Source: Dehalococcoidia bacterium (GTDB taxonomy: Bacteria; Chloroflexota; Dehalococcoidia; Bin125). Taken from it: a stretch of 64,000 bases of DNA. The notes beneath the pieces were generated by a model. It saw only the letters and a list, made by a program, of their open reading frames with translations, was not told the DNA's origin and ran no database searches. Location of the stretch: NCBI GenBank assembly GCA_965242485.1, contig CBDESM010000002.1, forward strand, positions 25,266 to 89,265, written 5' to 3'. A program made the position numbers and the translations under genes. This document shows positions 1 through 9,899 of this stretch, in pieces. Position 1 is the stretch's first letter; each line of letters starts with the position of its first letter.

Positions 1-114
1 CTCCACATCTACCGGCCGGGCATGGAGGTCGAGAAACGAAATCGGCCGCTCAGCGTTGAAGCCGGCCCCGAGATGCCCGGCTTCGTCGTAGACATGGTCC
101 CGATCTGGGAATAA
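1..114 (+). CDS. Uma2 family endonuclease, C-terminal fragment (gene starts upstream of window)
   Basis: Frame 1 translates to ...EAGPEMPGFVVDMVPIWE*. This matches the conserved C-terminus of the other Uma2 copies in the window (GPEMPGxxxDFxRIW). Confidence 0.6.
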   Translation, partial: LHIYRPGMEVEKRNRPLSVEAGPEMPGFVVDMVPIWE

Positions 115-134
115 CCGCCCGCACGGAGCAGGCC

Positions 135-797
135 ATGACCACGCTCGCAAGCGAATCTCCGCCCTATGCCGGACTTGAAATCGGCCGCCATCCGCTGCCG
201 CCCGGCTTCGAAGCCACCGACGAGTTCATGCGCGAGGTGCAGGAACTCAATCCGGGCAAGCTGATCGAGTGCTGGAAGAACAGAGAGCTGGTGGTCACCG
301 TGGGAGCAGGCGGCAACGCATCGGCGCGCGGGGGCTCGCTGTACATCCAAGTCGACGAATGGACCGTCAAGCTGGTTCCCGGCCTCGCTGAAGAGAGCTC
401 GCAGGGGTACGACCTGCCCGACGGCACGCAGTACAAGCCCGATGTCAGCTGGATGGACGAGGCGACGGTGCGGCTGCTGAACGAGATGTACGAGACCGAT
501 CTCGACTGGCCCGAGTACCTGCCGGTCGTGCCCCGATTCGTCGTCGAGATCGCCTCGCCGTCAGACAAGCGCCGCGACAATCTTGCCCAGCAGCGGGCGA
601 AGTGCGGGCATTGGGTCGAACAGGGCGTCGGCGTCGCTTGGCTGATCGACCCGTTCGATGATCTCCTGCTCGTCTATCGCGACGGGATCGAAACCGAGAT
701 CCACCAACGTCCGGCGCGGATCGAAGTGGGGCCGGAGATGCCCGGGCTGGAGATCGACTTCGGCAGGATCTGGACTGCGCGCGGATCGCGGGGTTAG
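135..797 (+). CDS. Uma2 family endonuclease (DUF820, PD-(D/E)XK-like)
   Basis: 220 aa. Motifs PRFVVEIASPS and GVxxAWLIDP, C-terminal GPEMPGLEIDFGRIW, typical of Uma2/PF05685. Confidence 0.8.
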   Translation: MTTLASESPPYAGLEIGRHPLPPGFEATDEFMREVQELNPGKLIECWKNRELVVTVGAGGNASARGGSLYIQVDEWTVKLVPGLAEESSQGYDLPDGTQYKPDVSWMDEATVRLLNEMYETDLDWPEYLPVVPRFVVEIASPSDKRRDNLAQQRAKCGHWVEQGVGVAWLIDPFDDLLLVYRDGIETEIHQRPARIEVGPEMPGLEIDFGRIWTARGSRG

Positions 798-809
798 GGG
801 ATTGCGGGA

Positions 810-1025
810 TCAGAACGGGGGGCGGCGGCGCTGCTTCATCATGGCGCGGCGGCGGCGGCGGGCGGCCTTGCGCTCGGCTTGCCGCTGCTTCTCGCGGTTC
901 GAGATGAAGCGCCGGCGGCGGCGCGCTTCCTGCAGCACCCCGTCGCGCTGCACCATCTTGTTGAACCGGCGGATCAGCGCCTCCGGGCTCTCCTGATCCT
1001 TGCGAGTCACCAACAGCATCGGCAT
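810..1025 (-). CDS. rpsU: 30S ribosomal protein S21
   Basis: 71 aa, MPxLLVxxxESxExALRRFNKxVQRDGVLxExRRRRxF...QRQAERKAARRR, the characteristic basic S21 sequence. Confidence 0.85.
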   Translation of the reverse strand: MPMLLVTRKDQESPEALIRRFNKMVQRDGVLQEARRRRRFISNREKQRQAERKAARRRRRAMMKQRRRPPF

Positions 1026-2020
1026 CCTGCTCCCGCGTCGCTTGCAGCTAGGGGAAAGATACCACGCCCGGCGCGGCGGGCGCGCCGAACACGGGGCGGA
1101 AGTGGTACCACTGGTCCGGGTGCTCCCGCAGCCACGGCTCGAACGCGGCCAGCACGCCCCGCGTCACCTCCGATACCGAGTCGCCGCGCAGCGGCCCCGA
1201 TGCGTGCATCAGCCCCTCGAAGCGGCCGCGGTCGCCCGCCGTCCGCACGGCCGCGAGCGGCTGCACCGGCGCGTCGGTGAAGACGGACAGCCGGCCGGGC
1301 ACGTCAGATACGGTCACCGTCCGCCCGAACAGCTCGCCCGTCACCGAGCGCTCGAGCGAGCCGACGGGGCGGTCGATCAGCACGGCGACCGCGCCGCCCG
1401 CGCGCAGCACCTCGACCGCGCGCCGCAGCCCGCGGCGGTGCATCAGCGTGCGCGCGCCCAGCCGCTGCCGCGCCCGCCGCATCTCGCGGTCCAGCGCCGC
1501 GTGCCTCAGCGAGTCGGCGATCACGTGCAGTTCGCCCCCGCCGCCGTGCAGCGCCCGATGGTGCGTCCAGGCGCCGCTGAGCACGTCCCAGGCGCCGAAA
1601 TGCATCAGCGCCAGGATCAGCGGCCCCGAACGGCGCTGCGCTTCCAGCCGCTCCCAGGCCCCGCGCGGCGCGGAGACCGCCTCGTAGCACTCCTGCGGGG
1701 TGCGCCGCGGCAGGTTGGCGGCGTCGACCAGCAGTTCCCCGTAGCGGCGGAATTGCTCCAGTGCCAGCAGCGACGGATCGTGCCGCCAGGATTCGCGGTC
1801 GCTCTCGGCCGCGAGCACGCGCGCGTTGGCCAGCGCCCCGCGCCGGCCGCGCGGCCAGCAGCGGTAGACCGCCTCCATCGCCCGCCGCGCCGCGCCGTAG
1901 GCCCGCTCCTCGGGCATCCGCCGGACCAAGCGCCCGGCCGTGTGCCAGCCCAAGTAGAGCAGCGAACCGGCGGCCGCGGCGGCGGGATCGTCCGCGCGGG
2001 ACGCGGGGGGCGGGACGGCG

Positions 2021-3100
<1,080 letters not shown>

Positions 3101-3244
3101 ATCACTCCCCTGCTGCGCCGCTCACGCCCGCCCGGAACGCGCGTTCCGCGCGATTTGCCGGCTGCCTTCTGGCGCGTCGGAATCCCGCTCCGGCGCCGCG
3201 CTGAGCGCCCGTTGCGAGTACTGCACTGTACCATCCCGTCCGCC

Positions 3245-4072
3245 ATGCCCGACCCGCGCGAACTGGTCGCCGATCTCTACGCCGGCTTCGCCGCCGAGCT
3301 CGCCGACGCCGCCCGGCCGATCATCGCCCCCCGCTTCCGCCAGCCGATCGCGATCGAGGCCAAGCGGGACGGCTCCCCCGTCACCATCGCCGACCGCGAG
3401 GCCGAGCGGGCGCTGCGCGCGATGATCGAGCAGCGCCACCCGCAACACGGAATCATCGGCGAGGAGTTCGACGACGTCCGCGCCGATGCGGAATGGGTCT
3501 GGGCGCTCGACCCGATCGACGGCACCGGCGCGTTCATCAGCGGCGTCCCGACCTTCGCGACGCTGATCGCGCTGCTGCACGAGGGCCGCCCCGTGCTCGG
3601 GATCATCGATCAGCCGGTGCTGCGGGAGCGCTGGATCGGCGCGATCTTCGAGGGCGCGCCGCGCCGCGCGGAGTTCGCCGGCGAGGGGGGAATTCAACAA
3701 CTCCACACGTCTTCCACAGTGGATTTGACCGAAGCGACCGGATTCGCCACCACCCCCGCCATGTTCCAAGGCGGCGCCGCGCCCGCTTGGAACCGCCTCG
3801 CCGGGCGGCTCCGCAGGGCCCGCTACGGCATCGATGCCTATGCCTACGGGCTGCTCGCGATGGGCCGGATCGACCTCGTCTGCGAGGCGCAGCTCAAGCC
3901 TTGGGACTACCTCGCCCTGGCCCCGATCGTGCGAGCCGGCGGCGGCGAGATCTCCGACTGGGAAGGCGAACCGCTGACCGCGTCGTCGGGCGACCGCGTG
4001 CTGGCGGCGGCCTCGCTCCCGCTCCACCGCGCGGCCTTGGAAGCGTTGTCGAATGGTGAACGCAACCTCTGA
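3245..4072 (+). CDS. Inositol monophosphatase family protein (IMPase/HisN-like)
   Basis: Motifs ALDPIDGTGAFISGVP and WDYLA of the FIG/IMPase superfamily. Start chosen at Met 3245 (MPDPREL). Divergently adjacent to ino1. Confidence 0.8.
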   Translation: MPDPRELVADLYAGFAAELADAARPIIAPRFRQPIAIEAKRDGSPVTIADREAERALRAMIEQRHPQHGIIGEEFDDVRADAEWVWALDPIDGTGAFISGVPTFATLIALLHEGRPVLGIIDQPVLRERWIGAIFEGAPRRAEFAGEGGIQQLHTSSTVDLTEATGFATTPAMFQGGAAPAWNRLAGRLRRARYGIDAYAYGLLAMGRIDLVCEAQLKPWDYLALAPIVRAGGGEISDWEGEPLTASSGDRVLAAASLPLHRAALEALSNGERNL

Positions 4073-4193
4073 TCGGCGCTGCTACCAGATAGGCGCGGGG
4101 CGCGATCCGCGCGCCGGCGAACGGGAAGCGCCGGCCCGCTCGGTCGTGGCGGCACCGGTTCCGCGGCGCCCGGGCCGGCCCTGCGCGGCGGCT

Positions 4194-4412
4194 CTAGTTG
4201 GCCGCCGCGGCTTCGCGCTGCTTGCGCAGGACGGGCAGCCCGGTGCGCTCGCTCTCGATCACTTCGTAGCCGGCCGGCACGGCGTCGAGCGCGCCCGGCT
4301 TGATCTCCTTGGCGAAGAAGAAGATCGTCTGCTGGCGGTTGTTGCGCAGCGCCACGTCCTTCGAATGCAGGTAGTAGGTTTGCCCTCGCGAGTTGATCTT
4401 CGAGTAGGCCAT
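4194..4412 (-). CDS. Small conserved hypothetical protein (72 aa)
   Basis: Clean ORF with non-biased composition (MAYSKINSRGQTYYLHSKDV...). No recognisable domain. Confidence 0.45.
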   Translation of the reverse strand: MAYSKINSRGQTYYLHSKDVALRNNRQQTIFFFAKEIKPGALDAVPAGYEVIESERTGLPVLRKQREAAAAN

Positions 4413-4441
4413 CTCGGTCCTCCGTCCAAGATTCGGATCAG

Positions 4442-5461
4442 ATGCCTATCCACCTGATCCTTCGGTTCGGCTGGACTTCGGCGGCGCTGATCGCCGTCGT
4501 CGTCCTGATTTCGACTGTAGCCACGCGCTGCGCCGACGACGCCGCCCCGCAAGCGCAGACGATCACTGACGTAACAAACCAAAATGCCGGGTTATGGGCG
4601 GTATCGAGCATCGATTCCGACGCTCCGTGGCTGCCCGTGCTGGCCTCGCGCGAGCTCGCCGTGGGCGTCCGCCGGCTCGCCTTTTCGCTCCTGCCGCGCG
4701 ACGCCGCGCCGCCGTTCGACGCCGCCGCTCCGCCTGCCGTCCGCGCCGCCGTCTACCAGCTCGACGAGTCGGCCGAGCAGCCGCGCGCCGTGCGCTTCGC
4801 CGCCTACCTGCCGCTCGCGCCCTCGCCGTTCACCGCCCACGCCCACGCGGGCGCGACCGTCTCTGACAACGCCGAGCCGATCAGCGGCGGCCTCTACGTC
4901 GTGCCGCTGGCGCTCGACCGCGCCGGCGATTGGGGAATCGAGTTCAGCATCTCGGCCGGCGATGTCGCCGACACGGTCCGCTTCCGCTTCAGCGTCCGCG
5001 AGCGGCCGGCCGCGCCCGGCGTCGGCGATGCGGCGATCTCCGTCGCCACGCCGACCGCGGCGGATGGGGACGCGATCGCGGAGATCAGCAGCGATCCCGA
5101 TCCGGAGCCGGGCCTCTACGCCCGCTCGCTCGACGAGGCGCTGGCGGCGGGCGCGCCGATCCTGCTCGCCTTCGCCACGCCGGCCTACTGCCACTCACGC
5201 ACCTGCGCGCCCGTGCTCGACGCGGTCAAGCGGGTCTGGCGCGAACACGCCGGCCGGCTCACGGGAATCCACGTCGAAATCTTCCGCAACCCCCGCAATC
5301 CCGAACGGCTGGAAGAGGCCGAGGCGTTCGCCGCCTGGCGCTTGCCCAGCGAGCCTTGGGTCTTCCTGATCGACCGCGAGGGCAGGATTGCGGCGGCTTG
5401 GGAGGGCCCGGCCGCGCGCACGGAGCTGGACGAGGCCGTGCGGGCGCTGCTAGGCGGGTAA
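4442..5461 (+). CDS. Hypothetical exported/membrane protein with C-terminal thioredoxin-like (SCO1/TlpA-like) segment
   Basis: N-terminal hydrophobic segment. The C-terminal LLAFATPAYCHSRTCAP resembles a redoxin-fold Cys motif. Weak assignment. Confidence 0.45.
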   Translation: MPIHLILRFGWTSAALIAVVVLISTVATRCADDAAPQAQTITDVTNQNAGLWAVSSIDSDAPWLPVLASRELAVGVRRLAFSLLPRDAAPPFDAAAPPAVRAAVYQLDESAEQPRAVRFAAYLPLAPSPFTAHAHAGATVSDNAEPISGGLYVVPLALDRAGDWGIEFSISAGDVADTVRFRFSVRERPAAPGVGDAAISVATPTAADGDAIAEISSDPDPEPGLYARSLDEALAAGAPILLAFATPAYCHSRTCAPVLDAVKRVWREHAGRLTGIHVEIFRNPRNPERLEEAEAFAAWRLPSEPWVFLIDREGRIAAAWEGPAARTELDEAVRALLGG

Positions 5462-5471
5462 CCTGCGCGGC

Positions 5472-6326
5472 ATGGCCATCTCGGGACCCGACCGCGCCGC
5501 CATCCGCCAGCACTTCGCGGCGCTCAACGCGCCGATCAAACTCGACTACTTCCATCAGTCGCCCAAGCGGGTCGTCGTGCCCGGCCGGGTCGAACGGCCC
5601 TCCTGCGCCTTCGCGCTCGAGGTCTACGAGGAAATCGCCGAACTCTCCGATCAGGTCGCGCTCAACGTCTACGAGCATGAGGACGAGCCCGAGATCGCGG
5701 CCAAGCGCGGCGCGGGCGACGTGCCCTGCGTGGTCGTGCGGGGCGAGCTCAACCGCCCGCTGCGGCTCTACGGGCCGCCCAACGGGCATCTGCTGGTCGC
5801 GCTGGTGCGGGCGATCGTGCTGGCCTCGGCGCGGCCCCGGGCGCTGGGCGCGATCACCCGCGCACTCAAGCGGCTGCGCGCGCCGCTGGCGATCCGCGTC
5901 TTCGCCTCGCCGCTGCAGCAGGAATCGGGCGAGGCCGCGCTGGCCGCTTGGGCCACCGCCCTGCTCAGCCCCAAGCTCTCCACCGACGTCTACGTCGTCG
6001 AGGAGTTCGCCGACGAGGCCCGCCGCGCTTCGGTGCAGGCGATCCCGTCCACGATCTTCGGCGAGATGCCGCCGGCGCCCGGCGTGATCGACGGGCAGGC
6101 GCTGGCCGAGTACGCCGGCCTCGCGCAGGCAAGGCCCGAGCGGGCGAGGCTCAACCCGCCGCAGTATCGCCCCAGCAGCGCCGTCGCCTGGCGCCCCCCG
6201 CCCAGCCAAGCGCAGCAGCAGCGCAGCCCCGATCCCACAGCCCTCGCCGCCGGCGCAGCCGCCACGACCGAGACGCCCGCCGGCATGCACCGCACCGCCG
6301 GCGGACTGATCGTCCCCGACCGCTGA
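5472..6326 (+). CDS. Thioredoxin/glutaredoxin-like two-domain protein (hypothetical)
   Basis: Two glutaredoxin-like repeats (..VYEHEDEPEIAAKRGAGDVPCVVV.. and ..IRVFASP...VYVVEEF..AIPSTIF) without a canonical CxxC. Pro/Ala-rich C-terminal tail. Confidence 0.4.
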   Translation: MAISGPDRAAIRQHFAALNAPIKLDYFHQSPKRVVVPGRVERPSCAFALEVYEEIAELSDQVALNVYEHEDEPEIAAKRGAGDVPCVVVRGELNRPLRLYGPPNGHLLVALVRAIVLASARPRALGAITRALKRLRAPLAIRVFASPLQQESGEAALAAWATALLSPKLSTDVYVVEEFADEARRASVQAIPSTIFGEMPPAPGVIDGQALAEYAGLAQARPERARLNPPQYRPSSAVAWRPPPSQAQQQRSPDPTALAAGAAATTETPAGMHRTAGGLIVPDR

Positions 6327-6374
6327 CCCGCGCCTGATTCAACGCAAAGCGACGGAGTGTACGAGATGCCACGC

Positions 6375-6444
6375 AAGTCAAGTCAAGTCAAGTCAAGTCA
6401 AGTCAAGTCAAGTCAAGTCAAGTCAAGTCAAGTCAAGTCAAGTC
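6375..6444 (+). repeat. Pentanucleotide microsatellite (AAGTC)14, perfect, 70 nt
   Basis: Read directly: aagtc x14 from 6375 to 6444, immediately upstream of the MTase-HNH ORF. All three frames through it are open (KSSQV cyclic peptide). Confidence 0.95.
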
Positions 6445-6451
6445 GCCCTCA

Positions 6452-7858
6452 TTGGGCCCGGGCGATCCGAACGTTGAAAACCGCACCCTCTTCGAGCACG
6501 ACAACCTCCCCGTCATGCGCGGGATCAACTCCGAAACCATCGACCTGATCGCCACCGACCCGCCCTTCAACAAGGGCCGCGACTTCCACGCCACCCCCGA
6601 CTCGCTCGCAAAAGGCGCGAGCTTCCAAGACCGATGGCGCTGGGAGGAGGACGTGCAGGCTGAGTGGGTGGACGCGATCAAAGATTCGGAGCCCGGCGCA
6701 TGGGCCGTGATCGACTGGACACGGATGACCTACGGCGACGACATGGGGGCGTTCTTGTGCTTCGTCGGGGTGCGGCTATTGGAGATGCGGCGGGTGTTGA
6801 AGCCGACGGGGAGCATCTACCTCCACTGCGATGACACAGCGAGTGCATACCTGAAGACGCTGATGGACGCGATCTTCGGGCGGCAGAATTTCCGCAATGC
6901 GATCAAGTGGTGCTACACGGGACCAAGCGTAGCCAAGCGTTGGTTCCCTCGAAAGAGTGATTCGATCCTCTTCTATGCGAAGAGCGATGCGAGTACGTTC
7001 AATTCGCAACGGAAACCGCACAAGTCAGGTATCCACAATAACGGAACGGTCTTCGGAAAGATCGACGGTGATGCCGAGCAAATGCGGCAACGGGAAGTAG
7101 ATGGGAAGCTTGTCGAGGACTGGTGGGATGATTTTGGTGCCGGAGCACATATCGCTAAGGGCGAGCGCACTGGCTACCCGACACAGAAACCGCTCGCGCT
7201 TTATGATCGGATCATCCGGGCCTCGTCAAATGAGGGTGATTGGGTGCTGGATCCGTTCGCGGGGTGCGCGACTACGCCATTGGCGGCGGAGATGGCGGGG
7301 CGGCGCTGGATCGGGATCGACCTTTGGGACGGGGCGATGCAGACCACGATTGAACGTTTCCAGAAGACGGTGAAGCTGGCGGCTGCGGATACTGCGGTCA
7401 ATACGATGGCGATCATCGGCCAGCTGCACCACCGTACTGATGTGCCAGAACGTACTGATGGCGGGGATGCGGCTGCGCCATATCTGGCGACGCCGACGAA
7501 GGGGATGCGGCGCAGGCCGTTGATGGGCGTGAGCGAGATGAAAGAGCTGCTGGTCGATAAATTTTGGTTCCATTGCTGGGGCTGTAATTTCGTCGCGCCC
7601 GACGCGCGCTATCTCGAACTCGACCACATCCGCCCGCGCAATTCCGGCGGCTCCGACGATATCGACAACCGCGCCCTGCTCTGCGGCCCCTGCAATAAGA
7701 TCAAGCGCGACCACGCGACGCTGGTCAGCCTCCGAAAGGCCAACGAGAAATCAGGCCACCTCAGCGGCACGCACCCGATCAACCTCAAAGAAGCCGGCCG
7801 CTGGACCCGCCAACAGTACGAAGCAGCCCTCGCCAAGCGCCTCGGCGCAGAAGCCTAG
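6452..7858 (+). CDS. Beta-class N6A/N4C DNA methyltransferase fused to a C-terminal HNH endonuclease domain
   Basis: Motif IV DPPF (IATDPPFNKG) precedes motif I (LDPFAGCATT), i.e. beta class, PF01555-like. The C-terminus HCWGCNF...LELDHIRPRNSGGSDDIDNRALLCGPCNKIK is a clear HNH motif. GC (~52-60%) is lower than the neighbours. The annotated start is a TTG with no SD directly after the repeat, so the true start and frame linkage depend on repeat number. Confidence 0.8.
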   Translation: MGPGDPNVENRTLFEHDNLPVMRGINSETIDLIATDPPFNKGRDFHATPDSLAKGASFQDRWRWEEDVQAEWVDAIKDSEPGAWAVIDWTRMTYGDDMGAFLCFVGVRLLEMRRVLKPTGSIYLHCDDTASAYLKTLMDAIFGRQNFRNAIKWCYTGPSVAKRWFPRKSDSILFYAKSDASTFNSQRKPHKSGIHNNGTVFGKIDGDAEQMRQREVDGKLVEDWWDDFGAGAHIAKGERTGYPTQKPLALYDRIIRASSNEGDWVLDPFAGCATTPLAAEMAGRRWIGIDLWDGAMQTTIERFQKTVKLAAADTAVNTMAIIGQLHHRTDVPERTDGGDAAAPYLATPTKGMRRRPLMGVSEMKELLVDKFWFHCWGCNFVAPDARYLELDHIRPRNSGGSDDIDNRALLCGPCNKIKRDHATLVSLRKANEKSGHLSGTHPINLKEAGRWTRQQYEAALAKRLGAEA

Positions 7859-7874
7859 CGGCGAGCCGATCGGA

Positions 7875-7902
7875 ACAGCCGACGCCGCAGGGCGTCGGCT
7901 GT
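7875..7902 (+). terminator. GC-rich hairpin (12-bp perfect stem, GCAG loop), putative terminator after the MTase-HNH gene
   Basis: acagccgacgcc-gcag-ggcgtcggctgt, followed by a moderately T-containing stretch and then an AAGGAG RBS for the next gene. Confidence 0.5.
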
Positions 7903-7930
7903 TCGCTATCATCAGATCAAGGAGCAGCCA

Positions 7931-8560
7931 ATGGTCAGCGCGCCAGCCATCGAGACCATCGAGGATGCGGCCGAGGCCGCCCGCGAGGGCCCGCCCGTCT
8001 GCTTCCACCCGAACGCGCCCGTCTCCGACGAGCAGCTCACGCAATGGGCCGGCCAGTTCGAGCTCTGGTTCGAGGACGGCGAAGAAGGAGAGATCATCAT
8101 CACTGGAGGAGCAGGCGGCGACTCGCCGAACATCACCTTGGAAGCGTCGGGGCAAGCCGCAAACTGGTCAGTGAACCTCCTCATCGGCATGTGCCGCGAC
8201 GCGCAGGGCGGCTACCACCCGCCGCTCGGACGCCGCTGGATCCCCGACCTCAGCTGGCTCAGCGACGAGACCCTGGCCAAACTCACGGAATCGCAGCGGC
8301 GCGGCGTCTGCTGGCCTGTCGCGCCGGATTTCGTGCTCGAAGTCGTCTCGCCCAGCCAACAACTCTCCAAGCAGCAGGAAAAGATGCGCGGCTGGATCGC
8401 CGCCGAAGTCCGGCTCGGGATGCTGATCTCCCCAGATGACGAACTGGTCGAGCTCTACCGCGCCGACGGCTCCGTCGAAACCTTCCACCGCCCCGACGCC
8501 GTCTCCTGCGACCCCGTCATGCCCGGCTTCACCATGACTTTCGAGCGCATCTGGCGCTGA
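7931..8560 (+). CDS. Uma2 family endonuclease, tandem copy 1
   Basis: 209 aa; PDFVLEVVSPS, GMLISPDDELVELYR, PGFTMTFERIWR. RBS AAGGAG upstream. Confidence 0.8.
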   Translation: MVSAPAIETIEDAAEAAREGPPVCFHPNAPVSDEQLTQWAGQFELWFEDGEEGEIIITGGAGGDSPNITLEASGQAANWSVNLLIGMCRDAQGGYHPPLGRRWIPDLSWLSDETLAKLTESQRRGVCWPVAPDFVLEVVSPSQQLSKQQEKMRGWIAAEVRLGMLISPDDELVELYRADGSVETFHRPDAVSCDPVMPGFTMTFERIWR

Positions 8561-8594
8561 GCCGTACCCGGTACCCTTCTTGCGAGGAGCAGCC

Positions 8595-9224
8595 ATGGTC
8601 AGCGCGCCAGCCATCGAGACCATCGAAGACGCAGCCGAGGCCGCCCGCAAAGGCCCGCCCGTCTGTTTCCGCCCGAACACGCCCGTCTCCGACGAGCAGC
8701 TCGCGCAATGGGCCGGCCAGTTCGAGCTCTGGTTCGAGGACGGCGAAAAAGGGGAGATCATCATCACTGGACCACCAGGCGGACTCGCATCCGATCACAC
8801 CAGCGAAATCGTCGCGGACATGATCTTCTGGTCCCGCCGCCGCGGAGGCGGCCGGGCGCGGGAGTCGCAACGCGGCTTCGACCCACCGTTCGGACGCCGC
8901 TGGGTTCCCGACGCCAGCTGGGTCAGCGAAGAAACGCTCGCCAAACTCACCGAGGCGCAAAAGCGCCGACCCTTCTGGCCCGTCGCGCCCGATTTCGTGC
9001 TCGAAGTCGTCTCGCCCAGCCAGCAGCTCTCCAAGCAGCAGGAAAAGATGCGCGGCTGGATCGCCGCCGAAGTCCGGCTCGGGATGCTGATCTCGCCAGA
9101 CGACGAACTGGTCGAGCTCTACCGCGCCGACGGCTCCGTCGAAACCTTCCATCGCCCCGACGCCGTCTCCTGCGACCCCGTCATGCCCGGCTTCACCATG
9201 ACTTTCGAGCGCATCTGGCGCTGA
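8595..9224 (+). CDS. Uma2 family endonuclease, tandem copy 2
   Basis: Start at MVSAPAIETIEDAAEAARKG (Met 8595). First ~55 and last ~100 residues are near-identical to copy 1; the central ~50 residues are divergent. Confidence 0.8.
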   Translation: MVSAPAIETIEDAAEAARKGPPVCFRPNTPVSDEQLAQWAGQFELWFEDGEKGEIIITGPPGGLASDHTSEIVADMIFWSRRRGGGRARESQRGFDPPFGRRWVPDASWVSEETLAKLTEAQKRRPFWPVAPDFVLEVVSPSQQLSKQQEKMRGWIAAEVRLGMLISPDDELVELYRADGSVETFHRPDAVSCDPVMPGFTMTFERIWR

Positions 9225-9260
9225 GCCGCTACCCGGTACCCTGCTTGCGAGGAGCAGCCA

Positions 9261-9887
9261 ATGGTCAGTGCGCCAGCCATCGAGACCATCGAGGATGCGG
9301 CCGAGGCCGCCCGCGAGGGCCCGCCCGTCTGCTTCCGCATCACTGCGCCCGTCTCCGACGAACAGCTCGCGCAATGGGCCGGCCAGTTCGAGCTCTGGTT
9401 CGAGGACGGCGAAAAAGGAGAGATCATCATCACTGGACCACCAGGCGGTTTGGCATCCGACCACACCAGCGAAATCATCGTCGACATGGGCCTCTGGGCC
9501 CGCATCACCGGCGGCCGCGCGCGCGACTCGCAGCGCGGATTCCACCCGCCGCTCGGACGCCGCTGGGTTCCCGACGCCAGCTGGGTCAGCGAAGAAACGC
9601 TCGCCAAACTCACCGAGGCGCAGAAACGCCGCCCCTTCTGGCCCGTCGCGCCCGATTTCGTGCTCGAAGTCGTCTCGCCCAGCCAGCAACTCTCCAAGCA
9701 GCAGGAAAAGATGCGCGGCTGGATCGCCGCCGAAGTCCGGCTCGGGATGCTGATCTCCCCAGACGACGAACTGGTCGAGCTCTACCGCGCCGACGGCTCC
9801 GTCGAAACCTTCCACCGCCCCGACGCCGTCTCCTGCGACCCCGTCATGCCCGGCTTCACCATGACTTTCGAGCGCATCTGGCGCTGA
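9261..9887 (+). CDS. Uma2 family endonuclease, tandem copy 3
   Basis: 208 aa, near-identical to copy 2 except in the central block. Confidence 0.8.
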   Translation: MVSAPAIETIEDAAEAAREGPPVCFRITAPVSDEQLAQWAGQFELWFEDGEKGEIIITGPPGGLASDHTSEIIVDMGLWARITGGRARDSQRGFHPPLGRRWVPDASWVSEETLAKLTEAQKRRPFWPVAPDFVLEVVSPSQQLSKQQEKMRGWIAAEVRLGMLISPDDELVELYRADGSVETFHRPDAVSCDPVMPGFTMTFERIWR

Positions 9888-9899
9888 GCCGCTATCTGT

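Noticed and set aside
6375-6444. Possible CRISPR array or hexanucleotide repeat
   Set aside because: The unit is 5 nt with no spacers. This is a simple microsatellite, not a CRISPR. No other direct-repeat/spacer architecture was seen anywhere in the window.
6357-6548. 63-aa ORF MYEMPRKSSQVKSSQVK... as a repeat-containing protein
   Set aside because: Its repetitive KSSQV peptide is simply the microsatellite read in frame. It is interpreted as the out-of-frame leader of the phase-variable MTase rather than a functional protein.
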